Assembly: GCF_006345805.1 (NCBI RefSeq)
Contig: NC_043001.1
Location: 92,442,001 to 92,506,000 of the forward strand
Reading direction: 5' to 3'
Source: Octopus sinensis
Taxonomy: Eukaryota
DNA length: 64,000 nt
The translations under genes were made by a program, and so were the position numbers. Positions 13,386 through 27,066 of this stretch are shown piece after piece (the first letter of the stretch is position 1; every line of letters starts with the position of its first letter). The notes below the pieces were generated by a model. It saw only the letters and a program-made list of their open reading frames with translations, ran no database searches and had not been told where the DNA came from.

Positions 13386-13559
13386 TACATAATATGTTAC
13401 ATAATACTGATTGTAAATGAAAGAATGAAAACAATAATCGCACCATGTGGGAACTGAAATCATAAGCTGTATAATATTGTAACGCATTTGATCATCTTCA
13501 CTAACATTTGCGTATGAGAATATGAAAATCAGGGGGGAACACGGAAAAAGCTTAACCTC

Positions 13560-13990
13560 GGTGTGTTTGTGTGGTAAAAAGCTTGCTTCCTAACCACATG
13601 GTCCCAGGTTCAGTCCCACGCTGTGGCACCTTGGGAAAGTGCTTTGTACTATAACTTCGAGTCGACCAAAGCTTGTAAGTAGATTTGATAGACGGAAACT
13701 GAAAGAAACTCATCCTATGTGTTTGTGTGTGTGTGTGTGTGTTTGTGCATGTGTATATGTGTGTGAGGTGGGGTCGCATTAGAGTCTTTGACTCCCACCA
13801 ACGGTTAAAAACCCCTGTTGGTGTGCTTGCGCCTTCGTAACTTACCGGTTCGGCAAAAAAGACACCACCGATAGAATAAGTACCAGGCTTTGCAAGATAT
13901 AAGTACTGGGGCCGATTCTTTCGGCTAAAAAATATTCAAGGCGATGGCCCAACATGGCCGCAGCCAAATGACTGAAACAAATGAAAGATA
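13560..13990 (+). mobile_element. SINE family B, diverged
   Basis: Same head, microsatellite and tail layout. Confidence 0.75.
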
Positions 13991-14290
13991 TAAAAATTCT
14001 ATTTTGACTTCTTTACCGCATATTGGATAATCCGTTTCGATATAATGGATAACCCGTTTTACTGCTTCCCAGTATATTCTGAGGACAATATTTGTTATCT
14101 CCTTTATTTTACTGAAAAGTTTGAAAGCCAAAAATGCTCGTCAGCTTCAAATTAAGGGGCCTTTCACATTCAATATACAAATGGCAACCACAGGATACAT
14201 ATAGTTATGACAAAAGGTCACTTTCGATCAAAGTTGCGTTATTCATACCTAGAGAGCTTTAAAGCACAAATTTCATCCTCTTTAATTCTA

Positions 14291-15477
14291 TTGGGTTGTC
14301 CGGAAAGTTCGTGCCGATTTATTGTAGCTTACCTTTCGACTTATTTTAGAACATGGTTGAGTTCACCTCCATTTAGAGCACAGTTTAAGCTAACTTTTCG
14401 TGGAAGAAGGTTTATGTTCCTATAACCTGTGTTAATTCTGTAACCCTTTGAAATGGAAGATAAGAATGTTCATTTTCGACACTTGATGCTTTTCTTTTTC
14501 CGTAAAGGGAAAAATGCCTCACAAGCAACCAAAGAAATATGCGCAGTTTACGGTGATTTTTTTTAATCCGAAAGAACTGTACGGAAGTGGTTCGCAACGT
14601 TCCGAGCTGGAGATTGTAGCCTTATTTATAAAGAGCGATCAGGTAGACCATCTGCTACAGATGATGACCAAATCAAGTCATTAATTGAGAATAACCCACT
14701 TTGCACAACCCGAGTATTGGCAGAAAGCCTCAACCTATCATGAGCATCTGGTAAAGCTTGGGTACACAAGTCCCTACGATGTTTGGGTACCACATGAGTT
14801 GAGAGAGAAGAACCTTTTGGATCGCATTTCCATCTGTGATTCGCTTTATAAACGGAATGAAAACGCGTCTTTTTTAAAACAAATTGGATTATCTACGGAA
14901 ATGTTCAGAGAAAGCGATCCTGGAGTAAGCGATATGAGCCACCCTTAGCCACCCCAAAAACGGATCTTCACCCTAAAAAAGTATTCTGTACTATGAGCTT
15001 CCCCCAAGTAACCAGACAATTATTTATGAGAAATACTGCACACAACTGGACGAGTTAACAGCAGTAATTCAAGAGAAACGTCCAGAATTGGCCAACAGGA
15101 AGGGTGTTGTTTTCCAACGTGATAATGCAAGACCGCACGTTCCTTTGGGAACCAGACAAAAATTGCTGCAGCTCGGCTGGGATGTATTACCCCACCCTCC
15201 ATATTCACCAGGTATTGCTTCTTTGGATTTTCACTTATTCAGGTCTCTGCAGAATAGTCTTAACGGTAAAAATTTCAATTCCTTGGATGACGTAAAAAGA
15301 TACCTTGATGAATTTTTTGCCATGAAACCACCTCAATTCTGGGAAGAGGGTATTTTCAAGTTAAAGGAAAGATGCAACAAAATGGTTCATATCTGGTTGA
15401 TTAAAAATGTAATGGCAAGTAATTATTAACCTTTTTCTTTCCTTTAAAAGTCGGCACAAACTTTTCGGACAACCCAA
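14291..15477 (+). mobile_element. mariner transposon with both TIRs and a decayed transposase
   Basis: TA|ttgggttgtccggaaagttcgtgccgattt ... aagtcggcacaaacttttcggacaacccaa|TA; ATG at 14453; WVPHEL, FQRDNARPH and HPPYSP motifs; frameshifted. Confidence 0.93.
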
Positions 15478-16527
15478 TATTTTAATGGCTGTCGAAACTA
15501 GATTCATTTACTGTTTAAAATATTTTGAACTGCAAATTATTCTCTTTCTCTTTTACACCTTCTCTTTCTTTCCCTATTCTCCTCCTCTCTATCCCTTTCT
15601 CATTATTGAATTCCACCATGGGTAACATATTAATGATATCATTAAAAATGCACTCCTAATTGCACGAAGGAAGATATTCAATAGAACCTTCATGTAACAT
15701 TACATTTGAAAACATTTTATCTTTCAAATGTAAACTTAAGTCGCAGTTATTTATACATTTGACAAAAATTGAAATTTTTTCTTTGTTACCCACGTCTACA
15801 GAAACTGCTGATGCATAAACAACACGACGCCAGCCTTTGGTGAAATAGAAAATAACATTCGGCTGAAAAGAAAAAAGTAACTTTATTTCAGACATTTATA
15901 ATATGACGCTTAACGTAGCCTTCTCTCTCTACTACACATTCTCTTTCTCTCTTACTTACTCTCTTTTTCTCTCGCTCTCTTTCACGCACAAACAGTGCGT
16001 GCGTGTGTATGTACGTGTATGTGTGTGTAATCGATTGTGTGTGTTAGCATGCATACATGCTTATATGTGGGTAGGTGTATATACGCATACATATATAGGT
16101 GTGAATGTGTTTGTTTCGCGTGCGTGTGATTATCTATTTGTTTCTCTCTGTATATTACATATTAACCTGCTTTCAACTAATACCACTAATATCTATCCGA
16201 AATTAGGCCAGGAGCTGGCGGAATCGTTACCGCACCAGGAAACATGCTTAGCGCATTTCTTCCGAGTGTTCGTACCGAGTTCAAATACCACCGGGATCGA
16301 CCTTATGTGCTGGTTCCTTTATTGTAGAAGTGGTCTTCAAACATTTTTGATAAATAAAATCAGTAAATTATATATGTATATTCTTTTACTGGTTTCAGTC
16401 ATTCGTGCGCGGCCATGCTGGAGCACCGCCTTTAGTCGAATGAATCGACACCAGGACTTATTCTTTGTAAGCTTAGTACTTATTCTATGAGCTCTTTTGC
16501 AGAACCACTACGTTATGGGGACGTGTA

Positions 16528-16589
<62 letters not shown>

Positions 16590-16639
16590 TATAGATCAAT
16601 AAATGGTGGGGTTGTGTTGACCGCACGTGGAGAAATGAT

Positions 16640-18293
16640 AAGTAACGAAAAATTTTTTTTTAAATGCAGAATGCTCAAATGAAAGAAAATTTTAATAAAA
16701 TGAGAAATTGATAAAATATATAAATATATATTTATTCAACCGGTTTTCGTCAATGTATGACTTGTCAAGAATATTTATGTTTTAAGAAGTTTTTTTTAAA
16801 ATTAGAAAGGGGAAAAAAAGAAAATTGCATTGTTTTTTGTAAAAGAATAATGATAAAAATGTACAAAAATTAAAAAATAAGTTCTCCGATACATTGTGAG
16901 TTCGTTGTGTATCTTGAGTTTTATGGTTGTTTACGAAAAAATTACCTTGAGGTGTTAAGATCCAAAGGGATTAAGAGCATGTGTTGTGTTGTTAAATTCA
17001 GCATGTTTGCAGGACAGGAAGTAGTAGTAATTGTGGTCCTGGTTCTTCAGTTCCTGTGTTGTGAGTAAGGGGAGACAACTCTTTTGAGTTCTTCAATAAA
17101 ACCCAAATTATAAAACTATCATTTTAGCTTCATTTGCATTATCTTTTTATATAATTGCTTGTTAACTTAACTTTCAGATTTTAACACTTTATTTATATTA
17201 TTTTCTAATAATATAAATCTGCATAGACAATTGCATTTCAAATTGTCATATCATTTATAATAAAAATGATAGTAATAACAACAATAGTAAAAATGATATT
17301 TAAAGAATATAAGTTTTAGCTTGAAGTGATGAATGCATGGTATCTTTATATATTTGTGTTAGTCCATCCATGAAGAGTGAGGTAGAGAAAGGAAGTTTGA
17401 TCAACGAGGAGTTTGCATATTAAGTTGTGTTTGGAATTTTTCAATAAAGAGAATCTCATTGTTAATTCTCTCCTGTGTGGTGATCCCGTCTTTACATTGG
17501 TAGAAGGGGAATATATAGAATTTGGGGTTTAAGTCTTTAGCACATGAGTCTAAGTGGTCACTCAGTGGAATTTGTCGGTATTCCGGGAGATTTATTTGTT
17601 CTTTATGCACCGTTACTCGTTTACGTAACGGGAGACTCGTTTGTCCAACATAATTATGTTGGCAACCAGCGCATGTGAGAACGTAGATAAGGTTCTCGGA
17701 GGAACAGGAGAAGTTAGTCTTGATTTTAAACTTCGTACCTTGTTTGAAGGTAAATTCAGAGCCTTCAAGTAGAAAGGGGCAGGTACCACAGTTTGAGCTT
17801 GCACATTTTTTTACTGTTGGGGGTGGATGTGGTGTGTGAAGTTTGGCATTTGTCAAGAGTTTTTTTAAAGATTTGTGTTGCCTTTTGCATTTGAGGATTT
17901 TGTGTGTATTTATAATGTTTTTCATTTTTGGTCTGTTGACAGTAGACTGAGGTTTTGTATGATTGTGGTGTATGCTTCGATATTTTTGGGGTTGTGGGTG
18001 GAAATGTATGGAAGTATTTTGAGGTTGTGTGTGGTGTTAGGTTGGGTGGTTTTTAGTGTAGTGTTGTCTAGTTCTTTGGCGCGTTTTATTCCATACTCTA
18101 TAAGGGTGGAGGGATATTGACGTTGTAATAGTGTTTTTTTGAGGTCTTGAAGGCGTATTTCTCGTGTTTTTGGATCCGAGACAATGGTGCATACCCTTTT
18201 AGCTAAATTGAAAGGGATATTTGTCTTGGTGTGTTTTGGGTGGCATGAACTAAAGAGGAGGTATTGTTGTGAGTCTGTGGGTTTGTGGTAGAT
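16640..18293 (-). mobile_element. Penelope-like retroelement, 5' truncated: RT thumb, GIY-YIG endonuclease and 3' pLTR
   Basis: YHKPTDSQQYLLFSSCHP upstream. ORF 17401-17925 has CxxxxCxxC and LIYVLTC...YVGQT...RVTVHK. Confidence 0.9.
16733..16773 (-). ncRNA. Variant minimal hammerhead motif in the Penelope 3' pLTR
   Basis: Minus strand: tattc-TTGACAA-gtca tacat tgac-GAAA-accggt-t-gaata, with palindromic stem III. Confidence 0.55.
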
Positions 18294-20481
18294 GAAGGAG
18301 CCTTGGGTCTAGGTTAGAAACCGGTTCTTTCTCTATTGATAAGTAATCCTGAAATAAACTGAATAATGACATACATACGTTATACCTATACATAAAAATA
18401 CACACATATGAATACTGATCTTTCTCTGGAAACAGTTACGCAGAAATATTACAGAAGCTCCTATCTCTGATTTTGATGCTGTGTAGAAGTATAACATTGA
18501 TATTTAATGAAGTCAAAAATTTCTTGGGACAAAGAATAAATTGGTTTTCTCCTAACACCGAGTCTACGTTATTCGGTATATTCATACTACCAGGGAGTTA
18601 TTTAAAATTTTCACCACCGGTTTGTTGATGAACCCTATCGTTCTTATTCTTAGAACAACTCTTCAAAACATCTATTATTCATTTTCATACTGATCGACAC
18701 AAGCAAATTGTACTAAGTCTTACTAATTAACGTTGGATTCTATGGTCTATTGAGAGAATTTTCAAAGAATTTCTGCTGAAGAATTAGGATCTCCGTACAT
18801 GAAGTTGCTCCAAGCTTCGCGAAAATATCTGTGGAACACTATAATTTTTCCCTCAGTGGCGTGCCATAACAATTGTTTAGCGGAATACAGAAGGTCACCA
18901 TTTAGATTATGGGGAGATATATGGCATACTGATGCAAATTTTATCAGAATGAAATCCTTGAAGCGAGAATTGATAGACCGTCTTAGATTGTGTAGTGTAG
19001 CCGCAATGCATGATGAAGCTGTAGCAAGCGCAATCCAAACCATTTTTCCCAAGCACAAGGCAGTAACAAGTTCAGCAGGAAGGTTCTACCTCCCCTCCTG
19101 GAGCATTAATTAATATCAGGCCACCTTTATTGTTGACAAGCTTTCGTTTGATATCTCAAAACAATCCTTTGTCCGTTACTGAGGACATTTAGCGTACATA
19201 TTGATATCTAATATTGGTTTCGAGTTTCGACACAAGGCCAGTAGTTCAGGAGGAGAGTCTTAGTTGATTACAGTGATTATGAAAAGATGAAATTATTTTG
19301 AGTTTGTGAGAACTACAGAAAGAGGTAATTTACATTTAACAAGACACAACGTGAGTACAGAAAACTCCAAGTGATAATATCTGTTGAAGAACTAAAACTA
19401 CGCAGAATGTAAACTGTCGGAGTAAAGTTTCAACTTTTAGAATGGGACATATATGTATTTCCTACTTAAATGAATACATTAACTGAGGTAACATAGTTAC
19501 ACCCAAGAAATATACACTTCGGTGCCCTACAAATGTATAAGAGACTGTAGGCATTTACTCGTAGGTATTCTTCCAGAAATCAGACTAGCTTTGTGAGGGA
19601 ACAAAAGTTGTGTGTTACTGTCACCTTCAGATCAATATTTTAATCTAGTGAAGTTTTTTTTTCAATTGAATTGTTAGTGTAGAATGAAGGCAGTAAACTA
19701 GAAAAATAGCTAGCACGTCGAACAAAATGGCGACATTTTCTTCCGACTCATAATGTTCAAAGGTCTCGGTAGGATTTGAACTTATAACATTGACAACTAC
19801 AGCGAACGCTGCAAGACATTGCTGCGGACCATTTAACTTGACATAATTTAAAATATAAAACGTATTCAATTAATAATATAAAGAATCGAACGAAAAATGG
19901 GCATATTCAGGTCTCAGATTTAATTGGTGTTCAGTAAATAAGGTAATAATGTAATATAAAAGAGGCTAACAGGCCAAAATTCAAAATAACTTGTACAATT
20001 AAATTGCAAGTGCGCCGAATATGCTATGATGTATATTTGGAAATTGCTACCGAACTGTCAACACAGTTGTTATTTTAATGAAAGCTAGGTTAAGTATATT
20101 ATCAGGACATATTAAGTTTCATATTATACTCGCTAATTGCGCAATAAAATAAGAACGTCCAATGTCAAGAAGAAACTGTATTGTTAACAAACATTATATA
20201 AGTTGTATTTCCATTGAACTGTGAAAATAATTGGCACAACTAACAAGTGTCACCGCAACATGCGAGGCAATATATCTTTCCATAATTATCAGCACACTGC
20301 GTGCTGAATTCAATTTTCCTGTTTTGACAGGTAACAATAATTCAAATAAACCCCTCAAAATTTGCCATTTTTTGCCAAGATTTTCGGGGATAAGGGAATT
20401 TTTAATGCTCATAACTTCAAGAAACGCCCATTCAACTTTCAAGATTTCTGCAAAGTTGATGCCCTTAATGCTACAACCATT

Positions 20482-20680
20482 AAGGCAGCGAACTGGCAGA
20501 AGTTTTAGCAGATTGGACGAAAATCTTAGAGGCATTTCTGAGTTCAAATCCAGCCAAGGTGGATTTCGCTTTTCATTATTTCGGTGTTGATTAAATAAAT
20601 ACCAGATAAGTACTGGGGTCGATGTAATTGATCATCTCCCTATCCTAAAATTGCTGGCCTTATACTAAAATTTGATATTG
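20482..20680 (+). mobile_element. SINE family C (aaggcggcgagctggcaga head); other copies near 7280, 16207, 30075, 30396, 31355, 41360, 49269 and 54430-55190
   Basis: Shared ctgagttcaaattccgccgaggtcgactttgcctttcatcctttcggggtcgat core. Confidence 0.8.
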
Positions 20681-20726
20681 ATATTTTCAGTAGTCATGTT
20701 TTTATTGCGTTCTTTCACTAGCCTAT

Positions 20727-21112
20727 TGGAAGCACTCCGTCGGTTACGACGATGAGGGTTCCGGTTGATCCGAATCAACGGAACAGCCTGCTCGTGAAAT
20801 TTACGTGTAAGTGGCTGAGCACTCCACAGACACGTGCACCCTTAACGTAGTTCTCGGGGATATTCAACGTGACACAGAGAGTGACAAGGCCGGCCCCTTG
20901 AAATACAGGTACAACAGAAATAGGAAGTAAAAGTGAGAGAAAGTTGTGGTGAAAGAGTACAGCAGGGATCACCACCATCCCCTGTCGGAGCTTCGTGGAG
21001 CTTTAGGTGTTTTCGCTCAATAAACACTCACAACGCCCGGTCTGGGAATCGAAACCGCGATCCTATGACCGCGAGTCCGCTGCTCTAACCACTGGGCCAT
21101 TGCGCCTCCACT
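20727..21112 (-). mobile_element. SINE family A with 10-bp TSD
   Basis: ACTAGCCTAT at 20717-20726 and 21113-21122; tRNA-like head at the right end. Confidence 0.9.
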
Positions 21113-21193
21113 ACTAGCCTATAGAACGTAGCTCTGTGGGCCTCAGATAAGAGAAATATATTCTGTTGTTTTTACTTTGGTTTTATATAACAA

Positions 21194-21561
21194 CTAGCAG
21201 TATCGCCCGGCGTTGCTCAGGTTTGTAAAGCATTTTTAGAGAGTTATAGCCAAAAAATAGCAAAAAAATGGAAAAAAATTATGGTAAATTTTTTTTTGAG
21301 ATTTAAAAAAGGTGGAGTTGCGTCCCCTAGACAGTTTGTGGTTCGTGTTTCTGATTCTCGACCCCATGTCGAATTTATCGATTTTTTTCAGAACTGGGGG
21401 AACTTTTCAAAATTTTCGCTGCGTTAGTTTTGAATTATGACATTGGGCTATGTGTGTGTCAAGTTTCATCAGAATCGGTTAAAAGCCGTGGTCATGGTGA
21501 GGGTACAAGCAAACAGACACACAGAAACACGCACAGACAAACTGCCGTTTATATAGAGAGA
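21194..21561 (-). mobile_element. Non-autonomous Helitron-like element
   Basis: On the minus strand it starts A|TC and ends with a GC-rich hairpin plus CTAG|T. Same 3' end as 43559-44115. Confidence 0.75.
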
Positions 21562-22670
21562 TATATACTACATAATATGTGCTATGCCTCGTGGCACTGT
21601 TTTCTCTATTTTTATAAATCTTAGAGCTTTGGTTACGTATCTGTAAGCACAAAATTTTATCATTATCGAAACATCTGTTATTATAAGATGTTCTTCTATT
21701 CTTCCATCGCAATACTAGTTACTTCCATTTTCAAATCTTTTCCACTTTCTTCTTCGTTTCTTTTAGAGATACTTTATCGTCTTTTGCGACCAAATTCGTT
21801 GATTAAGAGGTATTTCTTTTCAATACACTTCTTGTTAATCAATATCCTCCCAATAAACTATCATCATTTTATCTACGTGACTGACATATCCCAGTGATTA
21901 ACCACTTGGCTAATCTTTCAGGTTTTGAACATGTAGAAGCTTGTTTTGTCATCGCTATAGCGTATGATTTTGAATACATAAGATTATATGTACGCAATCA
22001 TATAACGTTATGGTTTTATAAACTTTTAATAATTTTAATAATTGTGGATTTATAGCTAGTTCCTTAATGGACATTTAAAGGCGTTACTAGGCCATTTATG
22101 AATCTTAACACAATATTTAGAGCAGTCCATAGGATCTCTCTTGTGTTGTCCACAAAATACAATATATAAACGTACGGGCTATCTATATAGAGAGTAATAT
22201 CTTCAAATCTGTAGATATTTTCGCTGGTGCATTATAATACTGAAACAAAAAAATATATACACATCAGTAAATTTATTAATTGAATTTGGTACTAAAATAT
22301 GTATACAAATCGATGTGTCAGATCTATTTAAGCTCTCAGTAATAGTTATTAACAGCAATACCGTGAACAGACGGTTAAGAGGGTACGATGTTGCAGATGA
22401 AATCTCATAACAGGGTTGAAATTAGTCCGACTGATCCCAAGTTTTATGTTCACAAAGATGTAACTATATAATACTGTGCTGGCTAAAATTCTACAGATAC
22501 ACTCTGTAGTAAACTATATTAATAGAGGAATACCTGGTTGTAAGATTGTGTGGCAGGGGTGGAAATAAAAACGAAGAATTACAGTAAAATGACTTTAGAT
22601 ATGTTTTCAAAAGCTCTCAGAAGTGGAAATGTCTGGGCATCTTGAATATTCAAAATGTTTGATGGTTATC

Positions 22671-22729
<59 letters not shown>

Positions 22730-23594
22730 TCACAGGTAACATCAACCTTTCTTAATCCAGTCCAAAGAGGCAAATAGATTCTTACTGATAGAAATGAATT
22801 ATTCCAATGAGAACACCAGCATATGACACATCTAAGTACTGCGTAACAATGTTTTTATTATTCGTAAGGATGATTGGTTATTTATAAAATAAAACATTTT
22901 AATTCTTGTAGAACACAAAGAGGAGTAAGCTTAAGCCCATGGAGACAGTTAACGAGATCCTTATTTTTAAGATGATACTTGATGATGCTAGAGTATCTAA
23001 ATAATATTCCTTATACGCTTGGATTAATAACGAAAAGCGTTTTGATTTTGTCTCACATGACTGATTCCTCGAAATGCTGAACAAACACAAATTTAACAAC
23101 ACTATGATAAAATATTTTTATAAAAAGCGGTAAAGAAGGGCTAGACAGTTCCTGCTATGCCTAGGAACATCAATGATCCGCGCTTTTGCTTACCTCACAA
23201 TAATATCTGTTGAGATATTCCAAGCTCTTCTATGCATATTAGGTTTTGCAAGTAAAAAATCCTATTGGAGTTGCATCAGTTTCAGGAAATAATTATTAAC
23301 CATATTTAAGTTTCTATTTCAACAAATATCATTGCATGGTTTTAATTACGTAATCCGAAGTTGATATAAATCTCTTGACTCATTAATTTGTCTTTAATGT
23401 TTTAGTGGGGTGGCTAGGTGTTGGCCAAATGTAGCTAAGTTTAAACTTTCGTATATTTATTTAGTCAGAATTATTGTCTACTCTTGTCCAGTCTTACAAC
23501 ATAGTAGATTTACCTAACAAAGATTCTAAACATAAACTGGTAGGTTCCCATACGTACCAATGTTTCCATTTCATTTGCTAAGCTCACTTAAATA

Positions 23595-24283
23595 TTGGGT
23601 TGGCAACTAAGTTACGGCCGTTTTTTTTTATTTTTGAATTTATTGCGTTTTTAAACTTTGGAATCTATTTTTTCGAGAATTTTATTTTTGAATCATTTTG
23701 GAATCTATTTTGTTCTCTTTTTTTTCTAGTTAATTTTAGTTAATTATTGTTTATTTTCAGATTATTAAAATGGAATGTCAAGTTAAAAACGAGTATTTTT
23801 CGACACCTTCTTTTTGCTTTGAATCAATGTTCTAAGGCCGCAAAAGGTTCTCGCGACATTTGTGCAGTGTATGGAGAAGGTGTCATAGCTGAAAGAACCG
23901 CTCGTGATTGGTATGCCAAGTTCAAAAATGGAAATTTTGACCTCTAAGACGCACCTTGTTCTGGCCGTCCAGTTGAGTTCGATAAAGAGCGATTAAGCCA
24001 ACTTTTGCACGAAAATTCTCGTCAAACGACAAGGGAACTGGCAAAGAAAATGGAATGCTCTCACACTGCTATAGAAAAGCATCTTCACTCGATAGGAAAG
24101 GTTCAGAAGTATGGAGCATGGGTTCCGCATGTTATAAGTGACAACAACAAAAATCAACGAGTCCCATTCTCCGCTGGTTTGATTGCTCGTCACCGCTCAA
24201 CTCATGGACACAAGCAACGATTTCTTTACAGAATCGTTACTAGCGACGAAAAATGGTGCCTGTACATCAATATGGAGCAGCGA
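23595..24283 (+). mobile_element. mariner (mellifera-like), 3' truncated
   Basis: TA|ttgggttggcaactaag TIR; ICAVYGEG...WYAKFKNG, GAWVPH and RIVTSDEKW motifs; internal stop and frameshift. Confidence 0.88.
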
Positions 24284-24479
24284 AGAGTAAATAATCCAAT
24301 GAAAAGAAGAAGACAAAGAAAATTCCTTAACACATCTTTAATTAAAAGTTAGAAATATTTCCCTACCATCTTCATTTGCAACGAAATGTTTATGCGAAAA
24401 TCCTAAATGAAAACTCAAGTAATATTTGCGGTTTTAGACATTGGAGAGACACTTCATCAGACTTGTATTAATAGTGTGC

Positions 24480-24539
<60 letters not shown>

Positions 24540-24542
<3 letters not shown>

Positions 24543-24820
24543 ATCAAAATAAAAACATGATGCCAAGGATTCAGCGGTACATATGTTTCGGGCCTTTATT
24601 AGACAGATTTATAACAATGCATAATGTATGTCGTACGCGAATGAGAGGATTTGCATCCCCAACCAAGAATTTTTGATGTAACACATGTCCTTGTGGAAGC
24701 TGTTGTGCGCGGCTGAAGAAGGCCACAGACATACATTATGCATTGTTATAAATCTGTCTAATAAAGGCCCGAAACATATGTACCGCTGAATCCTTGGCAT
24801 CATGTTTTTATTTTGATCAA
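24540..24820. repeat. Perfect 93-bp inverted repeat (24540-24632 / 24728-24820) with 95-bp spacer
   Basis: Arms checked base by base as reverse complements. Confidence 0.97.
24709..24786 (+). ncRNA. Type I minimal hammerhead ribozyme, Penelope pLTR type
   Basis: gcgg-CTGAAGA-aggcc...ggccc-GAAA-catatg-TA-ccgc: palindromic stem III and GTA cleavage triplet. Confidence 0.75.
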
Positions 24821-24893
24821 TTTACTCCACCACCTACACCACCAAACGGTATACACAGGTGCTTATAATTATCAAGTACTCACCCCGAATTTC

Positions 24894-24929
<36 letters not shown>

Positions 24930-25028
24930 ATATATAGTAAATCCCAAAAAAGAACAAACAAAAAAAACAATACGTGGACGTGGCGCGTGTAATGTATTAC
25001 CAGACGCTCAGGAAAGGAAAACGTGATG

Positions 25029-25064
25029 GTTTAACGTTTCGAGTAGACGCTCTTCTTCGGAAAC
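25029..25064 (-). ncRNA. Variant minimal hammerhead motif in a short repeat (~24940-25130)
   Basis: Minus strand: gttt-CCGAAGA-agag cgtcta ctc-GAAA-cg-tt-aaac. Confidence 0.45.
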
Positions 25065-25139
25065 AGAGAGGAAATCCAATAGAAAGGAAGACGGAGGAAG
25101 AAAATCGCCAACAATTCACATGTGGCTACATTTTGAAAT

Positions 25140-27045
25140 ATATTATATAAAAGTCAATGTCTGTTTGTTCGTGTGTTCGTCTGTTACCTATAGACTCGAA
25201 AACTACTGGACCGATCCTAATGAGAAGGGTAATGCCGAATGTTTCATCCAATTTTGATAAAATTTGAACCATAGGTATTAGAAATAAATTAACAAATATA
25301 CCCAACATTTCCATTTCTTTGGATGATTCTTATTTCTTTACTGCCCACAAGTGACTACACACAGAGGGGACAAACAAGGACAGACAAATGGATTAAGTCG
25401 ATTATATCGACCCCAGTGCATAACTGGCACTTATTTAATCGACCCCGAAAGGATGAAAGGCAAATTCGACCTCGGCGGAATTTTAACTCAGAACGTAGCG
25501 ACAGACGAAATACTGCTAAGCATTTCGCCCGGCGTGCTAACGTTTCTGCCAGCTCGCCGCCTTATTTTACATTCACAGGTTTAATTGTTCTTTATATCTT
25601 TCTTGCCTTACGACAATATCATCTTTGGATGATTCTAAGACCCCCTAATGAATGTTTAACCTTCAAATTTTAGTAATTTTTCATGGACCAAAATTACTGA
25701 ATGGATTCTTATGATATTTGGAATTTAGAGTTGATGTATAAGAGAGGGTATAGTGCAGTATGATTGGCTTGAATTTTGAGGGGACTTAAAGGGGGCAGAA
25801 CCCCCCATGAAAATACATAAATATCCGATGTTGATGAAATTTCAACAAAAGTAATTGATACAAATCAAGATGTATTCTCATGAGGATTCTAAGACTCCCT
25901 AATGGGGTGGGGGCTTAACACCCAAATTTTAGTCACCTTTTAATGATCCAAAACAAGGTCAAAAGTACTGAATGGATCTTTATGAAATTTGGTAATTATA
26001 TTCTATGCATAAGGGCGGATGTAATGCAGTACATGTTTCAAAGTGAATGGGCATAAATAAGACCATAACCCCCATGAAAATTCATATATTTTTACTGTTG
26101 ATGAAATTTTAACCATAGATATTAGGCACAAATGAAGTAATATTCCTAAAATTTCAACTTCTTAATGGGGGCTTAATCCCCACAATTTATTCATTTTCCC
26201 TAAGCCAAGACGAATACGATTGTAGCCTTGGAAGCTGTAGAGCTACCCGAGGATACAAGATGAGCATTATTTGTAATTCAATGGTACAACAGTGTAAGAG
26301 TTTGCTTTGGGATATACTTAGATTGTGATTTCTGCAATGTGGTACGTAAATTGTCAAGTAAAGGAGAAGCATCTTTACCTCCACTGATTCAGTTGCAGAG
26401 TGTTATTTTGAGTAAAGTTATTTGGTTGCAGACCTCCTTTGAGTCTTTTTATTATCACTGGGTCAGAGACAGTCCCCATATGGTAACATTGATTTCAAGA
26501 CCTTTCCAGATAAGTGATTGGTCATTCATAAAGATTTATAGATTGCAAATTTATTCTGTCCAGTTACCTATCGGCATAGTGATCATTGGCAAACTCCAGA
26601 GGTGACACTTTCATTTCTCCTTAGCCCTCAGGTCACACAGTTGTTAATGTTTGAGTTGAGTCACACCCATCCAATTGCTATAGATCGGTAATGCATTTTA
26701 CGGCTGTGCGGTCACCTGTATGATGAGGAATCCTACATTGTGGAGAGGTAACGACTAGGGTAGAGTAGTTGACTGCTTATTGTGATCATTCGTCGTTTGG
26801 TTTGCTCCCTTTTACAAACCCAATGAACATTCAGATATTTCCGATTTCAAAGAAATTTGAACGATAGATTTAAGGCAAAAGCTAAAAAAGATTCCCAACA
26901 ATTCAACTTCTTTGACTAACTTTAAGATTCCGTCCCCTAACAGAGGCCTTTACTCCCACATTTTAGAGCTCCATGTGCTCCAATTTTCAGGAACAAAAAC
27001 CTTTGAATAGATTATATAAGATTTGGATTTTGGAATCTGGGCATA
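25140..27045 (+). mobile_element. Helitron-like repeat with internal degenerate repeats and a nested SINE C (25327-25563, minus)
   Basis: Start tattatataaaagtcaatgtctgtttg resembles other non-autonomous Helitron 5' ends. 26755-27045 aligns with 41578-41860, which runs into a CTAG terminus. Confidence 0.5.
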
Positions 27046-27066
27046 AAGTTGAGTAGTAATCGATAC

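Noticed and set aside
18420-19200. Possible coding remnant (ORFs 18762-19058 and 18799-19113)
   Set aside because: No recognisable motif; may be a decayed TE but cannot be assigned.
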